Assembly (NCBI GenBank): GCA_018064645.1
Contig: JAGHUT010000064.1
Location: 3,965-67,964 of the forward strand
DNA from: Candidatus Crickella merdequi
Lineage (GTDB): Bacteria > Bacillota > Clostridia > Peptostreptococcales > Anaerovoracaceae
Direction of reading: 5' to 3'
Length of the DNA: 64,000 bases
This document shows positions 53,351-62,087 of this stretch, one piece after another (positions within the stretch are counted from its first letter, which is position 1; every line of letters begins with the position of its first letter). The notes under the pieces are model-generated. The model was not told the origin of the DNA and did no database searches. It saw only the letters and a program-made list of their open reading frames with translations. Both the position numbers and the translations under genes were made by a program.

Positions 53351-53860
53351 ATGGCGCAGAACAAAACAAAAAAGATTGCTATTGCAGCGCTTCTCGTTGC
53401 TCTAGCCGTTGCAGGAAGTGTACTTAGCGTACCGGTATTTGGAAGCAGATGTGCTCCGGTTCAGCATATGGTTAATATAATCTCTGCTGTAACACTGGGA
53501 CCACTCTGGGGTGTGGGAATCGCATTCCTTGCGAGCTTGCTCAGGAATATTTTCGGCCTTGGAAGCCTTATGGCTTTCCCGGGCAGCATGATTGGGGCAC
53601 TGTGCTGCGGAATCATGTATAAGCTTACAAAGAAGATTGGACCAACATGCGTTGCAGAGGCCCTTGGAACAGGAATCCTCGGAGGTCTTGCAGCATATCC
53701 TGTTGCTAAGCTTCTTATGGGTCTTGAGCCGGGATCAATGACAGTGTATATGATTCCGTTCCTGATCTCCACAGTTGCCGGTTCAATTCTGGCATATATT
53801 CTGCTTAAGGCGCTCAACAGAAACGGCGCACTTGATTCAATGAAATCTCAGGTTAAGTAA
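53351..53860 (+). CDS. thiW: ECF-type thiazole-precursor S component ThiW
   Basis: 169-aa membrane protein. ..GSRCAPVQHMVNIISAVTLGP.. and ..MAFPGSMIGA.. are typical ThiW. First gene after the TPP riboswitch. Confidence 0.8.
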   Translation: MAQNKTKKIAIAALLVALAVAGSVLSVPVFGSRCAPVQHMVNIISAVTLGPLWGVGIAFLASLLRNIFGLGSLMAFPGSMIGALCCGIMYKLTKKIGPTCVAEALGTGILGGLAAYPVAKLLMGLEPGSMTVYMIPFLISTVAGSILAYILLKALNRNGALDSMKSQVK

Positions 53861-53878
53861 TTAAGGAGGTCTGTAATA

Positions 53879-54700
53879 ATGCTCGGAACAATGCTAAACA
53901 ACGTAAGACAGAGTTGTCCTCTCGTTCACAATATTACAAATTATGTAACAGTTAATGATGTTGCCAATGTACTGCTTGCATGCGGCGGAAGCCCAATCAT
54001 GTCAGCTGAGCCGGAGGATGTATATGACATCACAACAATCTGCGGCGGTCTAAATATCAACATCGGAACTCTTACTAAAGAAAGCATCAAAGGCATGCAT
54101 ATTGCAGGTGCAAGAGCAAAGGAGCTTGGACATGCGATTCTGCTTGACCCAGTTGGTGCAGGTGCAAGTGCCCTGAGAACTGACACAGCAGTCAGCATTA
54201 TGGATGAAGTTAAGCCAACTGTTGTAAGAGGTAACATCTCAGAGATCAAGACTCTTGCTCTCGGAAGCGGAACAACAAAAGGCGTAGATGCAGACGTAGC
54301 AGATGCAGTAACTGATGAGAATCTTGAAGAGATGGTAGCATTTACAAAAGCTTTTGCTGCAAAAGCAGGCTGCGTAGTCGCAATTACAGGTGCTATCGAT
54401 CTTGTAAGTGATGGCGAGAAGTGCTATGTAATCAGAAACGGCAGACCGGAAATGGGAAAGATTACAGGAACAGGCTGTCAGCTTTCCGGAATGATGACAG
54501 CTTTCATTACAGCAAATCCTGACAACACACTGGAGGCAGCAGCTGCTGCTGTATGCACAATGGGTCTTGCCGGAGAGATCGGCTGGAGCAGAATGCAGGA
54601 CGGCGATGGCAATTCAACATACAGAAACAGAATCATTGACGCCATCTACAATATGGACGGCGACACACTTAATGGAGGCGCAAAGTATGAAGTTAAATAA
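53879..54700 (+). CDS. thiM: Hydroxyethylthiazole kinase
   Basis: VHNITNYVTVNDVANVLLACGGSPIMS and TGTGCQLSG motifs. Confidence 0.9.
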   Translation: MLGTMLNNVRQSCPLVHNITNYVTVNDVANVLLACGGSPIMSAEPEDVYDITTICGGLNINIGTLTKESIKGMHIAGARAKELGHAILLDPVGAGASALRTDTAVSIMDEVKPTVVRGNISEIKTLALGSGTTKGVDADVADAVTDENLEEMVAFTKAFAAKAGCVVAITGAIDLVSDGEKCYVIRNGRPEMGKITGTGCQLSGMMTAFITANPDNTLEAAAAAVCTMGLAGEIGWSRMQDGDGNSTYRNRIIDAIYNMDGDTLNGGAKYEVK

Positions 54701-55328
54701 GGACACACTTCTCTTATATGCAGTAACTGACAGACACTGGCTTGGAGAGGAGACTCTGTATCAGCAGGTTGAGAAATCTCTCGAGGGAGGCGTTACTTTT
54801 GTGCAGCTGAGAGAGAAGGACCTTGACAGTGAGACTTTTCTTGAAGAGGCCAAAGAACTCAAGGAGCTCTGCAGTAAGTATAATGTGCCTTTTGTAATCA
54901 ACGACAATGTAGACATCGCAGTTGCTATGGATGCAGACGGAGTTCATGTCGGTCAGAGCGATATGGAGGCAGGAGACGTAAGAGCTAAGCTTGGCCCGGA
55001 CAAAATCATCGGCGTATCCGCCGGCACTGTTGAGCAGGCTCTTCTGGCTCAAGAGCGTGGTGCGGATTACCTTGGCGTTGGAGCCGTATTCCCTACGGGC
55101 TCAAAGGCTGACGCGGCAGAGCTTAGCCACGAAACAGTCAAAGCAATCTGTGAAGCGGTTGATATCCCTGTTATTGCAATCGGAGGAATCACAATTGATA
55201 ATGTGAAAGAGCTGGCAGGAACTGGAATCTGCGGAATTGCAGTAATCAGTGCAATATATGCACAGAAGGATATCACTGCAGCGGCAAAGCAGCTCAAAGA
55301 GGCAACAGAAGCGATGGTAAACGTTTAA
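54687..55328 (+). CDS. thiE: Thiamine-phosphate synthase
   Basis: MKLNKDTLLLYAVTD.., VQLREKD and the IGGI segment. ATG 54687 overlaps the end of thiM by 14 nt; the ORF-track start at 54567 is an in-frame upstream extension inside thiM. Confidence 0.9.
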   Translation: MKLNKDTLLLYAVTDRHWLGEETLYQQVEKSLEGGVTFVQLREKDLDSETFLEEAKELKELCSKYNVPFVINDNVDIAVAMDADGVHVGQSDMEAGDVRAKLGPDKIIGVSAGTVEQALLAQERGADYLGVGAVFPTGSKADAAELSHETVKAICEAVDIPVIAIGGITIDNVKELAGTGICGIAVISAIYAQKDITAAAKQLKEATEAMVNV

Positions 55329-55355
55329 TTTTATAAGATAGAAGGGACAGAAGAC

Positions 55356-56159
55356 ATGACAATGAGAACAGCATTAACAATCGCAGGAAGCGATTCCAGC
55401 GGTGGCGCAGGTATCCAGGCGGATATCAAGACAATGACATGCAACGGAGTATTTGCTACAAGTGCAATTACAGCACTGACAGCACAGAACACTACTGGAG
55501 TAACAGATATTATGGATGTAACAGGTGAGTTTCTTGGAGCTCAGCTGGATGCAGTATTCAGTGATATCTATCCGGATGCAGTTAAGATTGGAATGGTATC
55601 AGCAACAGCTCTCATTGAGAAGATTGCTGAGAAGCTTAAGGCGTATGATGCAAAAAACATCGTTGTCGATCCGGTAATGGTTGCAACAAGCGGAGCTAAG
55701 CTTATCAGCGACGATGCCATTGATACACTCAAGGCTTGTCTTCTTCCTCTGGCAACAGTACTCACGCCAAACATCCCTGAGGCAGAGGTTCTTGCTGATA
55801 TGACAATCACCAATGAGGATGAGATGATTGCGGCGGCAGGAAAGATCAGCGAGCAGTACGGATGTGCAGTTCTCTGCAAGGGCGGTCATTCAATTAATGA
55901 CGCCAACGATCTTCTCTATAGAGATGGCGAGTACAAGTGGTTCAAGGGCAAGAGAATTGATAATCCTAATACCCACGGAACAGGCTGCACCCTTTCAAGT
56001 GCAATTGCATCAAACCTGGCGAAGGGGTATGACCTTGACACTTCAGTGGAGCGTGCCAAGGAGTATATCAGCGGCGCTCTTGCAGCAATGCTGGATCTCG
56101 GCAAGGGCCGTGGACCTATGAATCACGCCTTCGATCTTAGCGGAAAATTCGCAGAATAG
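55356..56159 (+). CDS. thiD: Hydroxymethylpyrimidine/phosphomethylpyrimidine kinase
   Basis: ALTIAGSDSSGGAGIQADIKT and GTGCTLSSAIA motifs. Confidence 0.92.
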   Translation: MTMRTALTIAGSDSSGGAGIQADIKTMTCNGVFATSAITALTAQNTTGVTDIMDVTGEFLGAQLDAVFSDIYPDAVKIGMVSATALIEKIAEKLKAYDAKNIVVDPVMVATSGAKLISDDAIDTLKACLLPLATVLTPNIPEAEVLADMTITNEDEMIAAAGKISEQYGCAVLCKGGHSINDANDLLYRDGEYKWFKGKRIDNPNTHGTGCTLSSAIASNLAKGYDLDTSVERAKEYISGALAAMLDLGKGRGPMNHAFDLSGKFAE

Positions 56160-56160
56160 A

Positions 56161-56198
56161 AAAAAACCCTCGCGCCATCGCGCGAGGGATATTTTTTT
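56161..56198. terminator. Bidirectional terminator between thiD and thrH
   Basis: aaaaaaccctcgcgc-catc-gcgcgagggatattttttt. Confidence 0.85.
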
Positions 56199-56796
56199 AA
56201 AGAGCAGCCTTGATAGCAGCGAGAAGATCATCGAACTCCTCAAATGCAGGAAGGTCTGGGTTGTCAGCCTTGATAGCATCTGTTGACTTGAAGAGGAAAC
56301 CGGCCTTACTTGCGCGGATCATTCCAAGATCATTGAAGCTGTCTCCAGCTGCGATTGTCTCATAACCGATTGAGTGAAGTCCCTTAACAGTTGTCAGCTT
56401 TGACTTAACACATCTCATTCTGAAGTCTGTAACCTTGCCAGCCTCATCAACGATGAGCTCGTTGCAGAAGATTGTTGGGTATCCAAGCTTCTTCATGAGA
56501 GGGCCAGCGAACTGTGAGAATGTATCACTGAGGATGATAACCTGAGTTGTTGCACGAAGCTCGTCGAGGAACTCCTTAGCACCCTCAAGTGGGTCAATCT
56601 GCTCGATTACATCCTGAATCTCCTTGAGGCCGAGGCCGTGCTTCTCGAGCAGGTCGATTCTGTACTTCATGAGCTTGTTGTAATCAGGCTCGTCTCTTGT
56701 TGTTCTCTTGAACTCAGGAATGCCTGTAACTTCTGCAAAAGCAATCCAGATCTCAGGTACGAGAACGCCTTCCATATCTAAACATACGATATTCAT
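56197..56796 (-). CDS. thrH: HAD-family phosphoserine phosphatase / homoserine phosphotransferase ThrH-like
   Basis: MNIVCLDMEGVLVPEIWIAFAEVTGIPEFKRTTRDEPDYNKLM is near-collinear with Pseudomonas ThrH as I recall it (MEIACLDLEGVLVPEIWIAFAEKTGI..). Confidence 0.7.
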   Translation of the reverse strand: MNIVCLDMEGVLVPEIWIAFAEVTGIPEFKRTTRDEPDYNKLMKYRIDLLEKHGLGLKEIQDVIEQIDPLEGAKEFLDELRATTQVIILSDTFSQFAGPLMKKLGYPTIFCNELIVDEAGKVTDFRMRCVKSKLTTVKGLHSIGYETIAAGDSFNDLGMIRASKAGFLFKSTDAIKADNPDLPAFEEFDDLLAAIKAAL

Positions 56797-56864
56797 AGTT
56801 CTGTTTCCTTTCGTATTATAATTGTTTAACTTGTAACCCGTTAAGTATATCCTATTGAGTCTTA

Positions 56865-57710
56865 CTAATCAAATGTAAAACCGAAATACCCTGTGCTGAA
56901 TTTCCAGCCGGTATCCCTTGCAATCATCGCCTGAACATACTCTTTGCCAAGGGCGCCGCTCTGAAGATATTCGTTGCCAGGCATGCGGTAGCTGCAGATA
57001 TTCTTGCCGAGCGCCCCTGCAAGCTTTGCAACAGCGGCCTCAATCTCTGCCGGCTCCAGGTCCGAAGCAGCGATAACCTCAGGAAATCTTGAGGAATCTG
57101 CTTCAGTAGCAACAATTACCTTACCATCGAGAAGCGCATAGAGACCATCGCTCTGCATTTCGACGAAGTGAATTGCTGTATCGCTAAGGCTGATGTGTAC
57201 CGTGTCTGCCAGCAGTTCCTCTCGCAAGCTGTTATAAGTAGCATCAGAAAGCTGATCAATCTCGTCAGGATAATCCTCCAGCGCATCACACACAAGGGTA
57301 CGCTCCATGGCATAGAAGCGAGGCTCATAACCGATAGGCTGGTAGAATCTGACCAGCGAAGCCTCTGCCGGTGAAAGCATTGACACTCCGTCTCTTTCAA
57401 TGGCAACATCACGGGCGAATTCAGTAATCTGTGAACCGAAGCCTCTGCCACGCGCCGCAGTATCGGTGCAGATTGCGTAGCTGATATATGCAGGTTTGGA
57501 CACGCCTTCCTCTGGAATAACCAGATCGCCCATTCTGAACATAGTCAGCGCTGACACGATGCGGCCCTCATCCTCAAGAACATATCCTTCAATATCATCG
57601 CCCCAGCATGCATAGAAGTCATCAACGAACTCCGCCTTATCGCCAAAAGTCTGTACCCAGAGCGAGCGAAGCTCCGTATATTCATCAGTAACTTTGCGAA
57701 TCGTTGCCAT
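56865..57710 (-). CDS. GNAT-family acetyltransferase with a C-terminal extension
   Basis: 281 aa. GNAT core ..ICTDTAARGRGFGSQITEFA... Its start lies 1 nt after the stop of the upstream DUF2156 gene. Confidence 0.6.
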   Translation of the reverse strand: MATIRKVTDEYTELRSLWVQTFGDKAEFVDDFYACWGDDIEGYVLEDEGRIVSALTMFRMGDLVIPEEGVSKPAYISYAICTDTAARGRGFGSQITEFARDVAIERDGVSMLSPAEASLVRFYQPIGYEPRFYAMERTLVCDALEDYPDEIDQLSDATYNSLREELLADTVHISLSDTAIHFVEMQSDGLYALLDGKVIVATEADSSRFPEVIAASDLEPAEIEAAVAKLAGALGKNICSYRMPGNEYLQSGALGKEYVQAMIARDTGWKFSTGYFGFTFD

Positions 57711-57711
57711 T

Positions 57712-58653
57712 CTATTTCTCCTTTGCGAGATACTTCATCATCAGAATATCCGGCTTGTAGCTCAGCTTCGCCTTGCGAAGTCCCTCGAGGCCCATATCCT
57801 CTTCGCGATTGAACATTTCGACCTCCGGCAGAAGCTGACACACCATGGTGACGAACTCTCTGTTGATCATAGTGTAGGCACCCTCAACGCCAGGAAGCGC
57901 TTTCTCGAAATGCACATCCATGGCAGGATCCCCAAGTCTCGTTGCAGCAGTAAAAGCTACCGGTTCTTCATTCTGATACAGCAGCCCTCCGACGAATCCC
58001 AGCTCCTCGAAGTGTGTGAACATCTCGTTGATTGCTATTGCTTCTGATTCCAGGTCAGGGTCACCCTTCTCCTGGTAAAAAACATCTACGAATTTGCGTG
58101 CAGCTTCCAGTGTGTCGCAGGCAATTACCTTTCCATCCGAGTCTGTCAGCGACTCAAGCGCATTTGCACGATCATTCCAGCCAAGCCGCCTAATCTCCCA
58201 CTGGCCGTTTCTCTCGAAGTGCTTAATGTGGTTCCTCTTGGATGCTAACTTACGACCGGCGAGATAACGGAGTTTTTCTGCAGAATACACATAATCTGCG
58301 TTATCTCTGTCCTCGATGATCTCGAAACGGTCACCGTATATCGGAAGGAACTCCTCGAGAGTTCTGTCCGTGAGACCTCTGATAAGAAGCTTCTCGCCTC
58401 TCTCGTGAACGAAATCAAGGAGCTTATCCGTGGACTCTCGCACATCTCCGCCGCCCTTAGGATATGAGTAAACTCCATAGCTTGGTGTTGCTACGATCAG
58501 CCTGTTGCCTGCAATTGCAATCTGCGGCTTATACACATCTCTCCAGATGTAGAGATTAGCGAAACTGTAGTCTGCACCGAAGCAGCCGCTGGCGCAGATT
58601 AAAGAATCAATTGTACTTTTGTCAGAAAGTCTGACTTCTCGAAAATCTATCAT
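57712..58653 (-). CDS. DUF2156-domain protein (stand-alone homolog of the MprF/LysPG-synthase C-terminal aminoacyl-transferase domain)
   Basis: 313 aa with no TM segments. The N-terminal ..YSFANLYIWRDVY.. and overall layout are typical of DUF2156 (from memory). Confidence 0.6.
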   Translation of the reverse strand: MIDFREVRLSDKSTIDSLICASGCFGADYSFANLYIWRDVYKPQIAIAGNRLIVATPSYGVYSYPKGGGDVRESTDKLLDFVHERGEKLLIRGLTDRTLEEFLPIYGDRFEIIEDRDNADYVYSAEKLRYLAGRKLASKRNHIKHFERNGQWEIRRLGWNDRANALESLTDSDGKVIACDTLEAARKFVDVFYQEKGDPDLESEAIAINEMFTHFEELGFVGGLLYQNEEPVAFTAATRLGDPAMDVHFEKALPGVEGAYTMINREFVTMVCQLLPEVEMFNREEDMGLEGLRKAKLSYKPDILMMKYLAKEK

Positions 58654-58782
58654 TTGTATGAATCCTTCCTTATACCCCTTAGTCCAATTATAACATAGAC
58701 AAGCGTATTTGAAGTCTTGATTTGCCAGAGCAAAAGTGATAGTGTATCTTTAGAAAAAAGAGTACGGAAAGGAGTGATACCC

Positions 58783-58983
58783 ATGGCAATAACAAAGGAT
58801 ATGATTATTGGTGAGGTTATCAACGAGCATCCACAGCTGGTACGCACATTCTTCGCTAACGGAATGATGTGCATCGGTTGCCCTGCATCACAGGGAGAGT
58901 CAATCGAGCAGGCTTCAGTTGTTCACGGTCTTGATGCAGACCAGCTTGTTGCAGCACTTAACGAGGCACTTGCAGCAGAATAA
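58783..58983 (+). CDS. DUF1858 / hybrid-cluster-protein-associated redox disulfide domain protein
   Basis: 66 aa. ..ITKDMIIGEVINEHPQLVRTFFANGMMCIGCPASQGESIEQA... ATG 58783 follows ggaaaggag. Confidence 0.7.
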   Translation: MAITKDMIIGEVINEHPQLVRTFFANGMMCIGCPASQGESIEQASVVHGLDADQLVAALNEALAAE

Positions 58984-59139
58984 CCTGAGTATTATTACAC
59001 CGAAATACGGTGACACTAACTGATAATATTGAATAAAAAGTTCCCAGAGTTGTTTACCATGGGAACTTTTTGGTATCTACGCTTTACACAACAACAATAA
59101 AAGATACCGCAAAAAAGGGTATAGACCAGGAGGTAAGTA

Positions 59140-59841
59140 ATGTATTTTGAAGTTTCTAAAGAAGTGTTCGACAAGCTGCCTAACGCAGTTTTTGGTGCAG
59201 TAGCAGTTAAGGGTGTTGACAACACAAAGATGATTCCTGAGCTTGCTGAGATGACAGCTGACGGTGTTGCTGATTGCGCTGCTTACATTGGAGATGTTAA
59301 GCCAAAGAATCTTGAGTGCGTAACTCCTTACAGAGATGCGTTCAAGGCTCTCGGAATCAACCCTAACAGATATTCATGCTCCATCGAGGCTCTCATGGAC
59401 AGAATCGCAAAGGGCAGAGATTTCCCTGCAATCAACGCTGTAGTTGATCTTGGTAACGCAATCTCAGTTAAGTACAAGCTTCCTATCGGAGCTCATGACA
59501 TCGATACCTTTGATGGCGGTCTTGAGGTTAGACCTGCAGGTGCTGAGGATATCTTCATTACATTCGATGGCCAGGAGGACAATCCTGAGGCTGGCGAAGT
59601 TGTGTACGTAACAGGACACGAGGTTAGAACAAGAAGATGGACATGGAGACAGGGTGCTAACGGAATGATCACAGAAGGAACAACTAATGTGCTCTTCCCA
59701 ATCGATGGCTTCAAGGATTTCAATATGGCAGAGGTAGAAGCTGCAATTGAGGACTTCAAGGCTATGATTGCACAGTACTTCGGAGATGTTGAGGTAACAT
59801 CAACAATCATCGATGCAGACAACAGAAGATTCGAGTTCTAG
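59140..59841 (+). CDS. B3/B4 (PheRS-beta-related tRNA-binding) domain protein
   Basis: 233 aa. N-terminal MYFEVSKEVFDKLPNAVFGAVAVKGVDN and central ..INAVVDLGNAISVKYKLPIGAHD.. segments are typical of stand-alone B3/4 proteins. Confidence 0.6.
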   Translation: MYFEVSKEVFDKLPNAVFGAVAVKGVDNTKMIPELAEMTADGVADCAAYIGDVKPKNLECVTPYRDAFKALGINPNRYSCSIEALMDRIAKGRDFPAINAVVDLGNAISVKYKLPIGAHDIDTFDGGLEVRPAGAEDIFITFDGQEDNPEAGEVVYVTGHEVRTRRWTWRQGANGMITEGTTNVLFPIDGFKDFNMAEVEAAIEDFKAMIAQYFGDVEVTSTIIDADNRRFEF

Positions 59842-59861
59842 GAAATCTACTAAAGAATTAA

Positions 59862-61235
59862 GTGAGAACGAAACATACTGAAGAACAGAATAACACGCTG
59901 CTCGTAGTTGTGCTGACATCGTATATGTCAACCTTCAACGCGAGCGCACTGAACCTGTCAATTCCGAATATTGGAGAAGAGTTTACGGCCAGCGCACAGC
60001 TGGTGGGATGGATTGTAACACTGTTTACTCTCCTTAATGTGGCACTCTCTCTTCCCTTCGGGAAGCTTTCGGATATTACAGACAAAGTAAAAATATTTCG
60101 CGCTGGAGTACTCATCTTTAGCGCGGGTATTTTTGTTTGCGCTTTTTCCCAGGGAATCTGGATGATGCTGGCAAGCAGAGCAGTTCAGGGCGTGGGAGCT
60201 GCAATGATTTTTGCAACTAACATGGCGATCCTCATCGATGCATTCTCTCCACAGGAGAGAGGTCGCGTGCTGGGAATATCCGTAAGTTTTACATATGTAG
60301 GACTTTCGACAGGTCCTGTTCTCGGCGGAATCATCAACAACTATTTCGGCTGGAGATATATCATGCTTCTGGCAGGCCTTATGTCTCTTGTCGTAATTTA
60401 TATCATGTACAGGAAGCTTAAACCGGCATCTGCTGTAAAAGCCGACTTCAGGGCCTTCGACAGCAAAGGTTCTGTTCTATATACGCTGGCTATGGTGCTG
60501 GTGCTGTACGGAATGGCAATTGTGGGAACTGGTATTAAATGCTGGGCAGTAATTGCAGCAGGTCTTGTGCTGACCCTGCTTTTCGTCAGATGTGAACTCA
60601 GGGCTGAAGATCCGATGCTTAAGGTCGTAATCTTCAAGAACAAAGGCTTCACCTACTCGGCGCTGGCCGCCTTCATGAATTATGCGGCAACAATGTCAGT
60701 CTCATACTTCATGTCAATCTATCTGCAGGTTGTCAAAGGATATCCGTCGCAGTTTGCCGGCCTGGTGCTGGTAACAGCACCGCTGATTCAGGCCATATTC
60801 TCGCCGGTGGCAGGAAGGCTTTCAGACAGACACTCGCCATACAAGCTGTCATCTGCAGGAATGGGCGCGTGTGCAGTCTCGCTGCTTCTTCTCTGTACAA
60901 TGAACGAGAATACGCCGATATATATGATAATACCGATGCTGGCGGTTATGGGAGTTGGTTTTGCACTGTTCTCGACACCTAACACAAATGCAATGATGAG
61001 CGCAGTAGCTGCAGAGGATCGCGGAATCGCATCTTCCATCGTTGCGACAATGCGTAACGCAGGAGGCTCGACAGCAATGGCGATTCTTACTGTAGTGGTA
61101 GGAATGAAGATGGGTTCTCTCGGAATGTACGAAGCACCAATAGACCTGATTGTTCAGACTATGCATCTCAGCTTCATGATATTCAGCGGAGTCTGCTTCG
61201 TTGGAATATTTCTCTCGCTCAAGAGGGGTAAATAA
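59862..61235 (+). CDS. MFS transporter (DHA2/EmrB-like, ~14 TMS)
   Basis: 457 aa, polytopic, with the MFS motif ..GKLSDITDK... GTG start; the exact start is uncertain. Confidence 0.75.
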   Translation: MRTKHTEEQNNTLLVVVLTSYMSTFNASALNLSIPNIGEEFTASAQLVGWIVTLFTLLNVALSLPFGKLSDITDKVKIFRAGVLIFSAGIFVCAFSQGIWMMLASRAVQGVGAAMIFATNMAILIDAFSPQERGRVLGISVSFTYVGLSTGPVLGGIINNYFGWRYIMLLAGLMSLVVIYIMYRKLKPASAVKADFRAFDSKGSVLYTLAMVLVLYGMAIVGTGIKCWAVIAAGLVLTLLFVRCELRAEDPMLKVVIFKNKGFTYSALAAFMNYAATMSVSYFMSIYLQVVKGYPSQFAGLVLVTAPLIQAIFSPVAGRLSDRHSPYKLSSAGMGACAVSLLLLCTMNENTPIYMIIPMLAVMGVGFALFSTPNTNAMMSAVAAEDRGIASSIVATMRNAGGSTAMAILTVVVGMKMGSLGMYEAPIDLIVQTMHLSFMIFSGVCFVGIFLSLKRGK

Positions 61236-61247
61236 CGACAAAACAAA

Positions 61248-61279
61248 ACGGTGGCTTACTAAGCCACCGTAATTTTTTC
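61248..61279. terminator. Terminator between the MFS gene and the DUF554 gene
   Basis: acggtggctt-acta-agccaccgt followed by aatttttt. Confidence 0.8.
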
Positions 61280-61283
61280 TCTT

Positions 61284-61964
61284 CTAGAATGCCAGAACTA
61301 CGAAAGGTGCTATGAGAAGCGCCGGGATATAGTTGGCGATTTTGAAATTAGAAATGCCTGACATGTTGAGGCCTACGCCGATTGTCAGAAGCCCTCCTGT
61401 GCATCCGATGATATCGAACATGGCATCTGTGAGAAGCGGCGAAAGAACACCCGCCAGAAGAATAAGGGCTGTCTGGTATACGAACATCGGAAGAGCCGAA
61501 AGGCCCAGGCCGATTCCCATGGAAGTTGCCCAGACAAGACCAACGAACAGGTCGATAACAACCTTGGTCCAAAGCATACCAGGGTCTCCATTAGCTGCGT
61601 TGAAGCAGGCGAGAATAGGGTATGCGCCTGAACAGGAAGCGATAAAATAAGTTATCGCAGGTCCGGCGAGATCTGTGCTGCCGTCTTTGGTAAGTTTCTT
61701 TTGAACAGCGTTTGCGGCACGATTCATTGCGCCATCCCAGTCCATAGCGGTACCGATAACAGCACCGACTGCGACTGCAATGAGAAGCGCAATTGCGTTG
61801 GTATCCTTGGATAGATTGGTAATACCGAGGTAAATGATGTAGAGGCCAAGGGCCTTAAGAATACCATCGGTGACTTCATCTCGTATTGCTTTGTTGAGTT
61901 TTGAACCAATAAAAGCAACAATAAGAACAACCGCTATGTTTCCAATATTTGCAATCATAAGCAA
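61284..61964 (-). CDS. DUF554-family membrane protein
   Basis: 226 aa with about 6 TM helices. The N-terminus (..GNIAVVLIVAFIGSKL..ILKALGLYIIYLGI..) is typical of DUF554. Confidence 0.6.
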   Translation of the reverse strand: MLMIANIGNIAVVLIVAFIGSKLNKAIRDEVTDGILKALGLYIIYLGITNLSKDTNAIALLIAVAVGAVIGTAMDWDGAMNRAANAVQKKLTKDGSTDLAGPAITYFIASCSGAYPILACFNAANGDPGMLWTKVVIDLFVGLVWATSMGIGLGLSALPMFVYQTALILLAGVLSPLLTDAMFDIIGCTGGLLTIGVGLNMSGISNFKIANYIPALLIAPFVVLAF

Positions 61965-62046
61965 ACCTCCAGCTCCTTAATCCCCCCTTATGCGATAATA
62001 ATACTCCATTGCACTAATAAAGCAAACAGCAAAAGCTTACGAAATG

Positions 62047-62055
62047 TGATATAAT
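62047..62055 (+). promoter_or_regulatory. Extended -10 element (TGaTATAAT) upstream of the COG0523 gene
   Basis: Read directly. There is no convincing -35. Confidence 0.4.
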
Positions 62056-62087
62056 AGATGAGATTTTTGTAGGAGGTACCAGACGAA

